A stretch of 64,000 nucleotides of DNA from Eledone cirrhosa (Eukaryota). The stretch covers positions 25,606,001 through 25,670,000 of the forward strand of contig OZ024754.1 in the NCBI GenBank assembly GCA_964016885.1, given 5' to 3'. Shown here piece by piece: positions 1-15,091 of the stretch. Positions within the stretch are counted from its first letter, which is position 1, and every line of letters starts with the position of its first letter. The notes beneath the pieces are model-generated. The model was not told the DNA's origin. It worked only from the letters and a program-made list of their open reading frames with translations, and searched no databases. Made by a program: the position numbers and the translations under genes.

Positions 1-257
1 TTTATAATTAATACTACTACACCAAATGACCAGCCCTGTCCACTGTCCAATTGGTCAAGTATAGATTAAAATTGGCACTCCCAAAAATTCTTATTTAGAT
101 AAAATAAACCATTTACTCATTGTATTCTCATTAGAAACCCTTTATATACTTGTTTAGCAGTAAATTGAATTACCATCTGTCATATACTATCCCCTCTCTT
201 CTTCCTCTATTACTAATATAAATACTTCAATTTTTCTGATTTTATCCAATTTATCCA

Positions 258-378
258 AAATATCTGAAGAAGTGACAACTGTTTATACATTTGCTATCGA
301 ATACTTGCTCACATTATATGATTACGCAAGCAGCGGTACATAGGTATTCCGTCTGTTACAGAAACATATGTCAATATC
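258..378 (+). ncRNA. Putative type I hammerhead ribozyme with long (~90 nt) helix II; helix I weak
   Basis: CTGAAGA(264-270)-A-GTGACA...TGTTAC-A-GAAA(361-364)-CATATG-TC; palindromic helix III ACATATGT; helix I pairing poor. Confidence 0.45.
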
Positions 379-430
379 TAATAGATTCCTTTTTTAAAAA
401 AAGCACTTTCATTTTATATTCATCTTTTCT

Positions 431-1443
<1,013 letters not shown>

Positions 1444-1445
1444 AG

Positions 1446-1490
1446 AACGATGTACTAGTTTCAAGCTTGTTAGCTATCATCAGCACCGTT
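1446..1490 (-). ncRNA. Type I hammerhead ribozyme, family A copy 1
   Basis: Minus strand AACGGTG-CTGATGA-T-AGCT-AACA-AGCT-T-GAAA-CTAG-TA^CATCGTT; 7-bp helix I. Confidence 0.75.
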
Positions 1491-1911
1491 TACCCATCTG
1501 CCAGATAGTTGAACGTTCGAAAGTATATACTTTCCTTATGAAAATTAACGGCTGAGCAGCCTAATTTGCATATTGAGTGAGTTAAATCGGTCAGGCATAC
1601 CGAAAACGATAAATTGAAACAAAATGAAAACGAAATTTCATTTCTCACTCTTAGTATGGCACTTACTTAAATGTAAGTATGCATGTATACGTACATACAT
1701 ATATGTATACAGACGTACAGTAGCATGCACATATATATATATATATACATATATATATACATATGCATACAGGTACACATACATATATGCACGTATCAGT
1801 TTAGCGGCGCTAACGTCGCTTTGTTCGTTTGTAAACAAACTGAACAGCCTGAATTTATGCCATACGGTGTTAAGGCAACAACGTCACCTTTTTGTTCAAC
1901 ACTGACACAGG

Positions 1912-1956
1912 AACGATGTACTAGTTTCAAGCTTGTTAGCTATCATCAGCACCGTT
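1912..1956 (-). ncRNA. Type I hammerhead ribozyme, family A copy 2
   Basis: Identical motif to 1446-1490. Confidence 0.75.
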
Positions 1957-2361
1957 TACCCATCTGCCAGATAGTTGAACGTTCGAAAGTATATACTTTC
2001 CTTATGAAAATTAACGGCTGAGCAGCCTAATTTGCATATTGAGTGAGTTAAATCGGTCAGGCATACCGAAAACGATAAATTGAAACAAAATGAAAACGAA
2101 ATTTCATTTCTCACTCTTAGTATGGCACTTACTTAAATGTAAGTATGCATGTATACGTACATACATATATGTATACAGACGTACAGTAGCATGCACATAT
2201 ATATATATATATACATATGCATACAGGTACACATATATGCACGTATCAGTTTAGCGGCGCTAACGTCGCTTTGTTCGTTTGTAAACAAACTGAACAGCCT
2301 GAATTTATGCCATACGGTGTTAAGGCAACCACGTCACCTTTTTGTTCAACACTGACACAGG

Positions 2362-2406
2362 AACGATGTACTAGTTTCAAGCTTGTTAGCTATCATCAGC
2401 ACCGTT
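2362..2406 (-). ncRNA. Type I hammerhead ribozyme, family A copy 3
   Basis: Identical motif. Confidence 0.75.
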
Positions 2407-2825
2407 TACCCATCTGCCAGATAGTTGAACGTTCGAAAGTATATACTTTCCTTATGAAAATTAACGGCTGAGCAGTCTAATTTGCATATTGAGTGAGTTA
2501 AATCGGTCAGGCATACCGAAAACGATAAATTGAAACAAAATGAAAACGAAATTTCATTTCTCACTCTTAGTATGGCACTTACTTAAATGTAAGTATGCAT
2601 GTATACGTACATACATATATGTATACAGACGTACAGTAGCATGCACATATATATATATATATATACATATATATATACATATGCATACAGGTACACATAT
2701 ATGCACGTATCAGTTTAGCGGCGCTAACGTCGCTTTGTTCGTTTGTAAACAAACTGAACAGCCTGAATTTATGCCATACGGTGTTAAGGCAACCACGTCA
2801 CCTTTTTGTTCAACACTGACACAGG

Positions 2826-2870
2826 AACGATGTACTAGCTTCAAGCTTGTTAGCTATCATCAGCACCGTT
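2826..2870 (-). ncRNA. Hammerhead ribozyme, family A copy 4, core-mutated (GAAA>GAAG)
   Basis: T>C at 2839 alters conserved A15.1. Confidence 0.65.
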
Positions 2871-3291
2871 TACCCATCTGCCAGATAGTTGAACGTTCGA
2901 AAGTATATACTTTCCTTATGAAAATTAACGGCTGAGCAGCCTAATTTGCATATTGAGTGAGTTAAATCGGTCAGGCATACCGAAAACGATAAATTGAAAC
3001 AAAATGAAAACGAAATTTCATTTCTCAAGCTTAGTATGGCACTTACTTAAATGTAAGTATGCATGTATACGTACATACATATATGTATACAGACGTACAG
3101 TAGCATGCACATATATATATATATATACATATATATATACATATGCATACAGGTACACATACATATATGCACGTATCAGTTTAGCGGCGCTAACGTCGCT
3201 TTGTTCGTTTGTAAACAAACTGAACAGCCTGAATTTATGCCATACGGTGTTAAGGCAACCACGTCACCTTTTTGTTCAACACTGACACAGG

Positions 3292-3336
3292 AACGATGTA
3301 CTAGTTTCAAGCTTGTTAGCTATCATCAGCACCGTT
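3292..3336 (-). ncRNA. Type I hammerhead ribozyme, family A copy 5
   Basis: Identical motif. Confidence 0.75.
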
Positions 3337-3753
3337 TACCCATCTGCCAGATAGTTGAACGTTCGAAAGTATATACTTTCCTTATGAAAATTAACGGCTG
3401 AGCAGCCTAATTTGCATATTGAGTGAGTTAAATCGGTCAGGCATACCGAAAACGATAAATTGAAACAAAATGAAAACGAAATTTCATTTCTCACTCTTAG
3501 TATGGCACTTACTTAAATGTAAGTATGCATGTATACGTACATACATATATGTATACAGACGTACAGTAGCATGCACATATATATATATATATACATATAT
3601 ATATACATATGCATACAGGTACACATATATGCACGTATCAGTTTAGCGGCGCTAACGTCGCTTTGTTCGTTTGTAAACAAACTGAACAGCCTGAATTTAT
3701 GCCATACGGTGTTAAGGCAACCACGTCACCTTTTTGTTCAACACTGACACAGG

Positions 3754-3798
3754 AACGATGTACTAGTTTCAAGCTTGTTAGCTATCATCAGCACCGTT
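3754..3798 (-). ncRNA. Type I hammerhead ribozyme, family A copy 6
   Basis: Identical motif. Confidence 0.75.
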
Positions 3799-4251
3799 TA
3801 CCCATCTGCCAGATAGTTGAACGTTCGAAAGTATATACTTTCCTTATGAAAATTAACGGCTGAGCAGCCTAATTTGCATATTGAGTGAGTTAAATCGGTC
3901 AGGCATACCGAAAACGATAAATTGAAACAAAATGAAAACGAAATTTCATTTCTCACTCTTAGTATGGCACTTACTTAAATGTAAGTATGCATGTATACGT
4001 ACATACATATATGTATACAGACGTACAGTAGCATGCACATATATATATATATATACATATATATATACATATGCCATACAGTGCCAGACTAAGAGTGAGA
4101 AATTTCATTTCATTTCATCCTATTCCATTTTATCGTTTTCGGTATGCCTGACCGATTTAACTCACTCAATATGCAAATTAGGCTGCTCAGCCGTTAATTT
4201 TCATAAGGAAAGTATATACTTTCGAACGTTCAACTATCTGGCAGATGGGTA

Positions 4252-4296
4252 AACGGTGCTGATGATAGCTAACAAGCTTGAAACTAGTACATCGTT
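4252..4296 (+). ncRNA. Type I hammerhead ribozyme, family A copy 7 (inverted unit)
   Basis: aacggtg ctgatga t agct aaca agct t gaaa ctag ta catcgtt read directly on +. Confidence 0.75.
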
Positions 4297-4597
4297 CCTG
4301 TGTCAGTGTTGAACAAAAAGGTGACGTGGTTGCCTTAACACCGTATGGCATAAATTCAGGCTGTTCAGTTTGTTTACAAACGAACAAAGCGACGTTAGCG
4401 CCGCTAAACTGATACGTGCATATATGTATGTGTACCTGTATGCATATGTATATATATATGTATATATATATATATATATGTGCATGCTACTGTACGTCTG
4501 TATACATATATGTATGTACGTATACATGCATACTTACACTTAAGTAAGTGCCATACTAAGAGTGAGAAATGAAATTTCGTTTTCATTTTGTTTCAAT

Positions 4598-5834
<1,237 letters not shown>

Positions 5835-6315
5835 TTGGTAAACGGAATAGAAAATGCTGACAAATTGTTCACAGTTGAAAAATGGTTTAATTAGGAATAA
5901 AAGAGTATTAGTGATTGTATGGGTTAGTATTCAGTTGTGGTTTTAAGTTTTTAAGTTTTTACCGGTTGCGCATTTCTAAATGCTTTTCAAAAATAATTTT
6001 GAGATAGAGTGTCCGTGCTGTTTGCTCTGATCTGATTAGTTTTGGGAATTCTACCTGTTTTTATGTAAGAAAAGTGGCTCCAGCGTTATTTTTGTGTTGC
6101 AAAAATGCTTGTGGTCAAAACAATTTTGATTGGTCGGTAGAGGTCATGTGAATGTAAAAAGTTGATTTTGCGCCAAGACTGTTTTTATGTTAAAATGTTA
6201 AAAAAGTAGCTCCAGCAAAAATTCTTGGTCAAAACAATTTTGATTGGTCGGTAGAGGTCATGTGGATAAAAAATTGGTTTTGCGCCAAGATTGAGAAATA
6301 ACTCTTTCAAAACAC

Positions 6316-6399
<84 letters not shown>

Positions 6400-6471
6400 T
6401 AGTAGTAGTAGTAAGGTGTTCGATGCTGCGACAATTGTCAGCAGCGATGTGTGTCAAATGGCTATTAAGAT

Positions 6472-6512
<41 letters not shown>

Positions 6513-6796
6513 GCAGAGTCATTCGAAGGTCAAAAGATATTTTTCAGCTTTTGTCTTATACGGAGAAGTGCGCGTGTGTGTGTGTGTGTGTATAAGTCTC
6601 TTTGTATGTTGATGTACGCGTGTGTATGTGTTTGTGAATATATATATGTGTGTGTGTGTGTGGACCAGTATTTTTTCCCCCTGGTAAAATGGTGTACATT
6701 ATTCCATTTTTTTCAGTAAAATCGGTTCTCTTAATAGAACATCTAAAATCTTAACAATAAAAGGTGTGAAATTATATTCACTATATATATATACAC

Positions 6797-7332
6797 AAAA
6801 GGACCATAGAATGAACCAAATTCTACGAACACACGATATCATAAAGAGCAAAAGACAATCCAAGTCAATGAAAAACATCTTAACACATGCCAAAGTACTG
6901 CCAACCACAACAACGAAACCCACAGTAAAAAAATGCGATAGACCCAACTGTGGAATTTGCATCAACCTAATAGAGGGTTCGGAATTCTATTTCAAAGATG
7001 GACAACGTTTTATAGTAAAACACAATTTCACATGTGCATCGGAAAATCTAATATATGTATTAACTTGTTCAGGTTGTCGAGAACAATACATAGGCCAGAC
7101 CAAAATCAGCCTCCGCCAACGCATGACTGTCCATAGATCCCAAATTAAAATACGGGAATACAGGAAAATACCACTGAGTGAACACATTGATACCTGTGCC
7201 GCCCAAAATCATCCCAACTTCAGAATCTTTCCCCTCTACAAATTTAAAGATAATGCCACCCACACCCAGCGCATCAGCAAGGAATCTTACTTCATTAACA
7301 AATACGGACCCCGTCTAAACACTTCTCCCTAA
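6797..7332 (+). pseudogene. Duplicated GIY-YIG endonuclease 3' fragment in the partial tandem copy
   Basis: Same peptide as 11673-12208 (CDRPNCGIC...NLIYVLTCSGCREQYIGQT). Confidence 0.9.
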
Positions 7333-7651
7333 GACGAACCCACAACATACACACGTCAACATACATACCTACATCAGCACACATCTCTACCCACATATAA
7401 ACACAATGACACACGTAAACACACATGCTCTATGGTGCAATACAAAAAAATATATGTGCATATATATGTATGTATATATGTATATGTATATATATATGTA
7501 GTGAATATATGTATGTGTGTGTATATATATATAGTGAATATCATTTCACACCTTTTATTGTTAAGATTTTTGATGTTCTATTAAGAGAACCGATTTTACT
7601 GAAAAAATCGAATAATGTACACCATTTTACCAGGGGGGAAAAAATACTGGT

Positions 7652-7694
<43 letters not shown>

Positions 7695-7852
7695 CACAAA
7701 CACATACACACGCGTACATCAACATACAAAGAGACTTATACACACACACACACACACACACACACGCACTTCTCCGTATAAGACAAAAGCTGAAAAATAT
7801 CTTTTGACCTTCGAATGACTCTGCTATATACACACACACACACACACACACA

Positions 7853-7917
<65 letters not shown>

Positions 7918-8618
7918 CTTAATAGCCATTTGACACACATCGCTGCTGGCCATTGTCGCAGCATCGAACACCTTACTACTAATACTCCACACACACACAC
8001 ACACACGTATACACACACCCACACACACACATACACACACACACACACATACACACACACACACACATATTTGTTGTGAAAGAGTCATTTCTCAATCTCG
8101 GCGCAAAACCAATTTTTTATCCACATGACCTCTACCGACCAATCAAAATTGTTTTGACCAAGAATTTTTGCTGGAGCCACTTTTTTAACATTTTAACATA
8201 AAAACAGTCTTGGCGCAAAATCAACTTTTTACATTCACATGACCTCTACCGACCAATCAAAATTGTTTTGACCACAAGCATTTTTGCAACACAAAAATAA
8301 CGCTGGAGCCACTTTTTTAACATAAAAACAGGTAGAATTCCCAAAACAAATCAGATCAGAGCAAACAGCACGGACACTCTATCTCAAAATTATTTTTGAA
8401 AAGCATTTAGAAATGCGCAACCGGTAAAAACTTAAAAACTTAAAACCACAACTGAATACTAACCCATACAATCACTAATACTCTTTTATTCCTAATTAAC
8501 CCATTTTTCAACTGTGAACAATTTGTCAGCATTTTCTATTCCGTTTACCAATATATAATAACTTGTGTGTTACACCTCTATTCTTTTAACTATCATATCC
8601 TCACACGAGATACAGAAA

Positions 8619-9923
8619 ATGCCAACAAAAACGGATACAACCCTCATCAACTCAAATGAAGAGATCCTACAGGAACTCAAGAAAATCAACACCAACCTAT
8701 CTTTGCTGGTCGACAAACTTGACTCCACAAATAAGGAAACCGCCACCGGATACAAACCCTCCGAAATCGGCGACAAACTCCAAAACCTTTGCGATGCTAT
8801 CCAAACTATGTTCACTACTACCAACCCAGGAAAAACCAACGAAGAACCATGTGAGATTGATTCACACAAAATGAAAATTCGAACAATTCCAAAATGGAAC
8901 AAATCCCTCAGAGACAGAAAGTTCTCATTCTGGAAGATGATACAAAATCACAACAAAGCAGAGATATATGAAAAATGGCTTAACTCAACCCCTCTAACTC
9001 TCCCCCGTAAACTACAAATAAAGTCCATTCCAAATGAACCCGAACCTCAAAGACACCTTAGGGAAAAAATGGCATTGGAAAAAATGAAGACAGAAATTGA
9101 ACTTCTTAAACTGAGGGCCCAGACAAATGAGGAAAAAATCAAAACCATCGATGAAGAGATCCTCCTGGAAATCAACAACAAAACTGAAGGCCCCAAGGTA
9201 GAGAAGATCTCCAAATTATGGAAAGGGGACTGCAACAGAGAAGAACTGAAATCCCTTCAACGCTGGGAAAAAAGTGCCGCTTGGTTCCTACACTATGAAT
9301 CGACTTTTCAAACGGATTACACCTCCAATAACCCGTTCATAAAAATAGGAAAACCCATAACTGAACCGCACAACTTCTCAAACCCCCAAGCCTCTAACAA
9401 ACGAAGAAGGAAGCACCACACCGAAGATGAACTTCCCAACCTCGCTACCATAAGAAGGAACAAAAACCCAAGAAATCATCTCCCCCAGAATGACATTTAC
9501 AACTTTCCCCCTTCAAGGAGACACCATACCAAATCACTCAACTACTACGCGGATTCCTCATCGTCAAACATAGGGAAAAGATACCACCGCCATGATAGAT
9601 GCAACAACTTCCCCGCTTCAAGGGGACAGCAAGGTAATTACCATTTTCTCAACTCTCACTTCCACAATACACAACAAACCCACACCACACGATACAACCA
9701 ACAACGTAGGCCACTTATAACACCACAATACATGGCACATAGAAACACACACCCATACTCGCAGTACAGGAACACCCCATTCAATCTACAACCACCAACC
9801 CGAACCACATTTTACAACAACAAGGAATATAACAAACACAGGAGACCACTTAACATCAGCAGACAACCCCTCTACCCCAACCATTTTTTAGACACAGCAC
9901 ACAGATACAGGCAAACAAAATAA
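8619..9923 (+). CDS. Penelope-like element ORF1 (coiled-coil-like N-terminus, basic/polar low-complexity C-terminus)
   Basis: Open frame from ATG 8619 (MPTKTDT...); heptad-like segments ILQELKKINTNLSLLVDKL and LEKMKTEIELLKLRAQTNEEKIKTID. Confidence 0.75.
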   Translation: MPTKTDTTLINSNEEILQELKKINTNLSLLVDKLDSTNKETATGYKPSEIGDKLQNLCDAIQTMFTTTNPGKTNEEPCEIDSHKMKIRTIPKWNKSLRDRKFSFWKMIQNHNKAEIYEKWLNSTPLTLPRKLQIKSIPNEPEPQRHLREKMALEKMKTEIELLKLRAQTNEEKIKTIDEEILLEINNKTEGPKVEKISKLWKGDCNREELKSLQRWEKSAAWFLHYESTFQTDYTSNNPFIKIGKPITEPHNFSNPQASNKRRRKHHTEDELPNLATIRRNKNPRNHLPQNDIYNFPPSRRHHTKSLNYYADSSSSNIGKRYHRHDRCNNFPASRGQQGNYHFLNSHFHNTQQTHTTRYNQQRRPLITPQYMAHRNTHPYSQYRNTPFNLQPPTRTTFYNNKEYNKHRRPLNISRQPLYPNHFLDTAHRYRQTK

Positions 9924-12208
9924 CACAAGACAGGGAGGAGAAACCGATAGTAATAAAAATTATCAATCTTACTAGTGCAGAACCAACACCCAACCTTATC
10001 AACTTACTCTCCAAAGGTCTTAAATTCACACCGACCCCACTACGTCCTAACTACTATGAAATGAAGGAAGACATCACAGACTTCTGTAGAAAGTTACGAC
10101 TTAGTGAACAACTATTCGACCAGTACAATGAGGATGAATCATTAGCCAGAAATAGAAGCAATTACACCCCTTCAAAAGGTAGAAATAAAATCCTGGACGA
10201 ATTCTGTGAATACATCACAAACTTCCCTTACCAACACTTGCACAGACAAAAACACAAGCCAAACCTCAACAAGAAAGAATGGGAAGAATTAAATAGATTA
10301 AAAACCAACAGAACCATTACAATTAAAGAGGCTGATAAAGGGAGTACAGTAGTCCTAATGGAGACAGAATTCTATATCAACTTAGCGCTCTCCACTTTGG
10401 AAAACGAAACATACTACGAAAAGGCTGAACACTACAATCAACAGAAAATTATGAGAAACCTAAAAACTCTAATCAACCAATACAAAGAAGGACTCACTAA
10501 CAAGGAATTCAGCTTCATCACAGACTTCACAAGTAAATCCAGCCTTTTCTACGGTATCCCTGAAGTACATAAAAGCGAATCAATCAGTAAGGCATGCAAG
10601 GAAGCCACAGACATAGTCATCAATGTCCCCTCACCCAATGATCTCAAATTAAGACCTATAAAAGCAGGCCCCGCTTGTGAAACGCACCGTCTTAGCAACT
10701 TCATTGATACCCTTCTCAAACCCTTCCTCAAGCACATCAAAAGCTATATAAGGGACGACCTAGATATGCTCAATCACCTCCCTAATATGCCACTTTCTGA
10801 ACAAATCCTACTAGTGACGTTCGATGTAGTCAACCTATACTCCAACATCCCCCACAACCTAGGAATAGAAGCTATCCAATTCTGGCTGGATAATTTCCAC
10901 AATGAACTCCCACAACGCATCAAAAAAGAATTCGTGATAGAGGGACTCAAATTTATCTTGGAGAACAATTACTTCGTTTTCAATAACAAACCCTACAGAC
11001 AGAAATCTGGGACCGCTATGGGAACGAAAACAGCTCCTACTTATGCCAACCTAGTCATGGGATACCTGGAAATCACCCTCTACACTAAAGTCCTAAACAA
11101 ATTTGGAAACACCCTCCACTTACACATTGAAAGGAACTGGAAGCGATATCTAGATGACTGCTTCATCCTTTGGCACGAAAACATCGAAAAACTTAAAGAA
11201 TTTCACACCCTTATAAATGGGCTCAACACAAATATTAACTTCACGATGGAATACAGCCATCAACAACTCCCCTTCCTCGACATCCTCATTAAGATCCATA
11301 ACAAAAAAATAGAAACAGACATATACTACAAGCCCACAGACTCCAAGCAATACCTCCCCTTCAACTCTTGCCACCCTAGACACGTTAAAATTAATATTCC
11401 CTACAACTTAGCCAAGAGAATCTGTACTATAGTCTCCAATAAAAACATCTGCTACTTACGGCTACAAGAACTAAAGGACACACTCATAGGCAGGGACTAA
11501 CCTGCATCACTAATTGACAATGGAATCCAACGTGCCCTAAAACTCAGTACCCAGGACCTTAGACACCCTAAAGTAAATCAACCAAAACTAAAAGCTCTTC
11601 CATACATCTCCACACACAACCCCCTCAACAATGAGGCCTTTGACACCATCCTCCAGAACATCCCTGTATTGAAAAAGGACCATAGAATGAACCAAATTCT
11701 ACGAACACACGATATCATAAAGAGCAAAAGACAATCCAAGTCAATGAAAAACATCTTAACACATGCCAAAGTACTGCCAACCACAACAACGAAACCCACA
11801 GTAAAAAAATGCGATAGACCCAACTGTGGAATTTGCATCAACCTAATAGAGGGTTCGGAATTCTATTTCAAAGATGGACAACGTTTTATAGTAAAACACA
11901 ATTTCACATGTGCATCGGAAAATCTAATATATGTATTAACTTGTTCAGGTTGTCGAGAACAATACATAGGCCAGACCAAAATCAGCCTCCGCCAACGCAT
12001 GACTGTCCATAGATCCCAAATTAAAATACGGGAATACAGGAAAATACCACTGAGTGAACACATTGATACCTGTGCCGCCCAAAATCATCCCAACTTCAGA
12101 ATCTTTCCCCTCTACAAATTTAAAGATAATGCCACCCACACCCAGCGCATCAGCAAGGAATCTTACTTCATTAACAAATACGGACCCCGTCTAAACACTT
12201 CTCCCTAA
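9890..12208 (+). pseudogene. Penelope-like reverse transcriptase + GIY-YIG endonuclease (one in-frame TAA at 11498-11500)
   Basis: IINL..LLSKGLKFTP, ADKG, FDVVNLYSNIP, GTAMG, RYLDD, LPFLD, SCHP; after the stop the same frame gives CxxxxCxxC linker and IY..YIG. Confidence 0.92.
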
Positions 12209-12673
12209 GACGAACCCACAACATACACACGTCAACATACATACCTACATCAGCACACATCTCTACCCACATATAAACACAATGACACACGTAAACACAC
12301 ATGCTCTATGGTGCAATACAAAAAAATATATGTGCATATATATGTATGTATATATGTATATGTATATATATATGTAGTGAATATATGTATGTGTGTATAT
12401 ATATATAGTGAATATCATTTCACACCTTTTATTGTTAAGATTTTTGATGTTCTATTAAGAGAACCGATTTTACTGAAAAAATCGAATAATGTACACCATT
12501 TTACCAGGGGGAAAAAATACTGAACCACCCACACACACACACACACATATATACACAAATACATACACACGCGTACATCAACATACAAAGAGACTTATAC
12601 ACACACACACACGCGCACTTCTCCGTATAAGACAAAAGCTGAAAAATATCTTTTGACCTTCGAATGACTCTGC

Positions 12674-12746
<73 letters not shown>

Positions 12747-12843
12747 ATCTTAATAGCCATTTGACACACATCGCTGCTGGCCATTGTCGCAGCATCGAAC
12801 ACCTTACTACTACTACTACACACACACACACACACTACACACA

Positions 12844-12924
<81 letters not shown>

Positions 12925-13461
12925 ACACACACACACATATTTGTTGTGAAAGAGTCATTTCTCAATCTTGGCGCAAAACCAATTTTTTATCCACATGACC
13001 TCTACCGACCAATCAAAATTGTTTTGACCAAGAATTTTTGCTGGAGCCACTTTTTTAACATTTTAACATAAAAACAGTCTTGGCGCAAAATCAACTTTTT
13101 ACATTCACATGACCTCTACCGACCAATCAAAATTGTTTTGACCACAAGCATTTTTGCAATACAAAAATAACGCTGGAGCCACTTTTTTAACATAAAAACA
13201 GGTAGAATTCCCAAAACTAATCAGATCAGAGCAAACAGCACGGACACTCTATCTCAAAATTATTTTTGAAAAGCATTTAGAAATGCGCAACCGGTAAAAA
13301 CTTAAAAACTTAAAACCACAACTGAATACTAACCCATACAATCACTAATACTCTTTTATTCCTAATTAAACCATTTTTCAACTGTGAACAATTTGTCAGC
13401 ATTTTCTATTCCGTTTACCAATATATAATAACTTGTGTGTTACACCTCTATTCTTTTAACT

Positions 13462-13462
13462 A

Positions 13463-13494
<32 letters not shown>

Positions 13495-13501
13495 CATATA
13501 C

Positions 13502-13564
<63 letters not shown>

Positions 13565-13631
13565 CATATATATATACATATATATATATATATACATATA
13601 TATATAAATATATATACATATATATATATAC

Positions 13632-13680
<49 letters not shown>

Positions 13681-13712
13681 CATATATATATATATTCATA
13701 TATATATATACA
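13462..13712. repeat. (TA)n/(TACA) microsatellite
   Basis: Direct sequence. Confidence 0.95.
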
Positions 13713-13823
13713 CACTGTAACCATCGCGTAAAATCTACATTTTCATATTATAAATACTACCAGGAATGAACGCCTGTCTCTATCTCCGTTTGATTGTCAA
13801 AATAGATATTAACATTCTCTATT

Positions 13824-14703
13824 CTCCCCTTCTCACTTCACCCCGTTCGCGACGAAAACATTTTCTCTCTTTCTCACATTTGGATTCATCTCGAAAGGTC
13901 GTTTTTCTAAGCGCTCATATACTCACCTAGCTTATGCCAACAGAATAACTATGTAGCTTGTTCCCTTCCTCTCTACGGTTAGCTCTCCTCTTCGTTGTTT
14001 ACTTGTCTCACTCGCTTTACGCGTTTTAATTGTCCTAATAACTTAATTTAGTTATTATTGCACCGACGTGAGGTATATGATTTTTAATGCAATGAAATAT
14101 ATATGATCGTCGGCAAATCACTGATGAGGGACTCATTTTATTACATGTTATCCATGTGCAACCTGCAGTATTCTTCTCCCCATTTTTTCACATATATTTA
14201 CCTAAACTGCGATTCTGTCTCTTTCTCTCTCTCTCTCTTACTGCTCCCTCGTTCTCTCTGTTTCTCCTACTTTCTTTCGCCCCCTCTGTCATGTCAGTTA
14301 ACTCTTCCTCACACTTCCACTCACTCACTCACTGTTTCTCCCCTTCTCACTTCACCCCGTTTGCGACGAAAACATTTTCCCTCTTTCTCACATTTGGATT
14401 CATCTCGAAAGGTCTTTTTTCTAAGCGCTCATATATTCACCTAGCTTATGCTAACAGAATAACTATGTAGCTTGTTCCCTTCCTCTCTATGGTTAACTCT
14501 CCTCTTCGTTGTTTACTTGTCTCACTCGCTTTACGCGTTTTAATTGTCCTAATAACTTAATTTAGTTATTATTGCACCGACGTGAGGTATATGATTTTTA
14601 ATGCAATGAAATATCTATGATCGTCGGCAAATCACTGACGAGGGACTCATTTTATTACATGTTATCCATGTGCAACCTGCAGTATTCTTCTCCCCATGTT
14701 TTC
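13824..14703. repeat. Partial tandem duplication, 514-bp unit (~1.7 copies), non-coding
   Basis: ctccccttctcacttcaccccgtt at ~13824 and ~14338; downstream sequence colinear to 14703. Confidence 0.9.
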
Positions 14704-15090
<387 letters not shown>

Positions 15091-15091
15091 A

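Larger units (their letters stand above)
5835..13463 (+). mobile_element. Penelope-like retroelement (GIY-YIG type, Neptune/Naiad-like): inverted pLTR (5835-~6795), 5'-truncated tandem copy (6797-8593), full unit (8594-13463)
   Basis: 6797-8593 repeats 11673-13463; 5835-6795 is the reverse complement of ~7518-8553; RT and GIY-YIG coding; inserted in (TA)n. Confidence 0.93.

Noticed and set aside
1624-4586. Repeated 60-130 aa ORFs in the family-A array
   Set aside because: Frames shift from unit to unit with TA count; no protein motif; the conserved feature is RNA structure
11498-11500. In-frame stop in the Penelope RT as selenocysteine or readthrough
   Set aside because: The codon is TAA, not TGA, and sits at the Tyr of the usual R.YP motif, so a simple nonsense mutation is more likely
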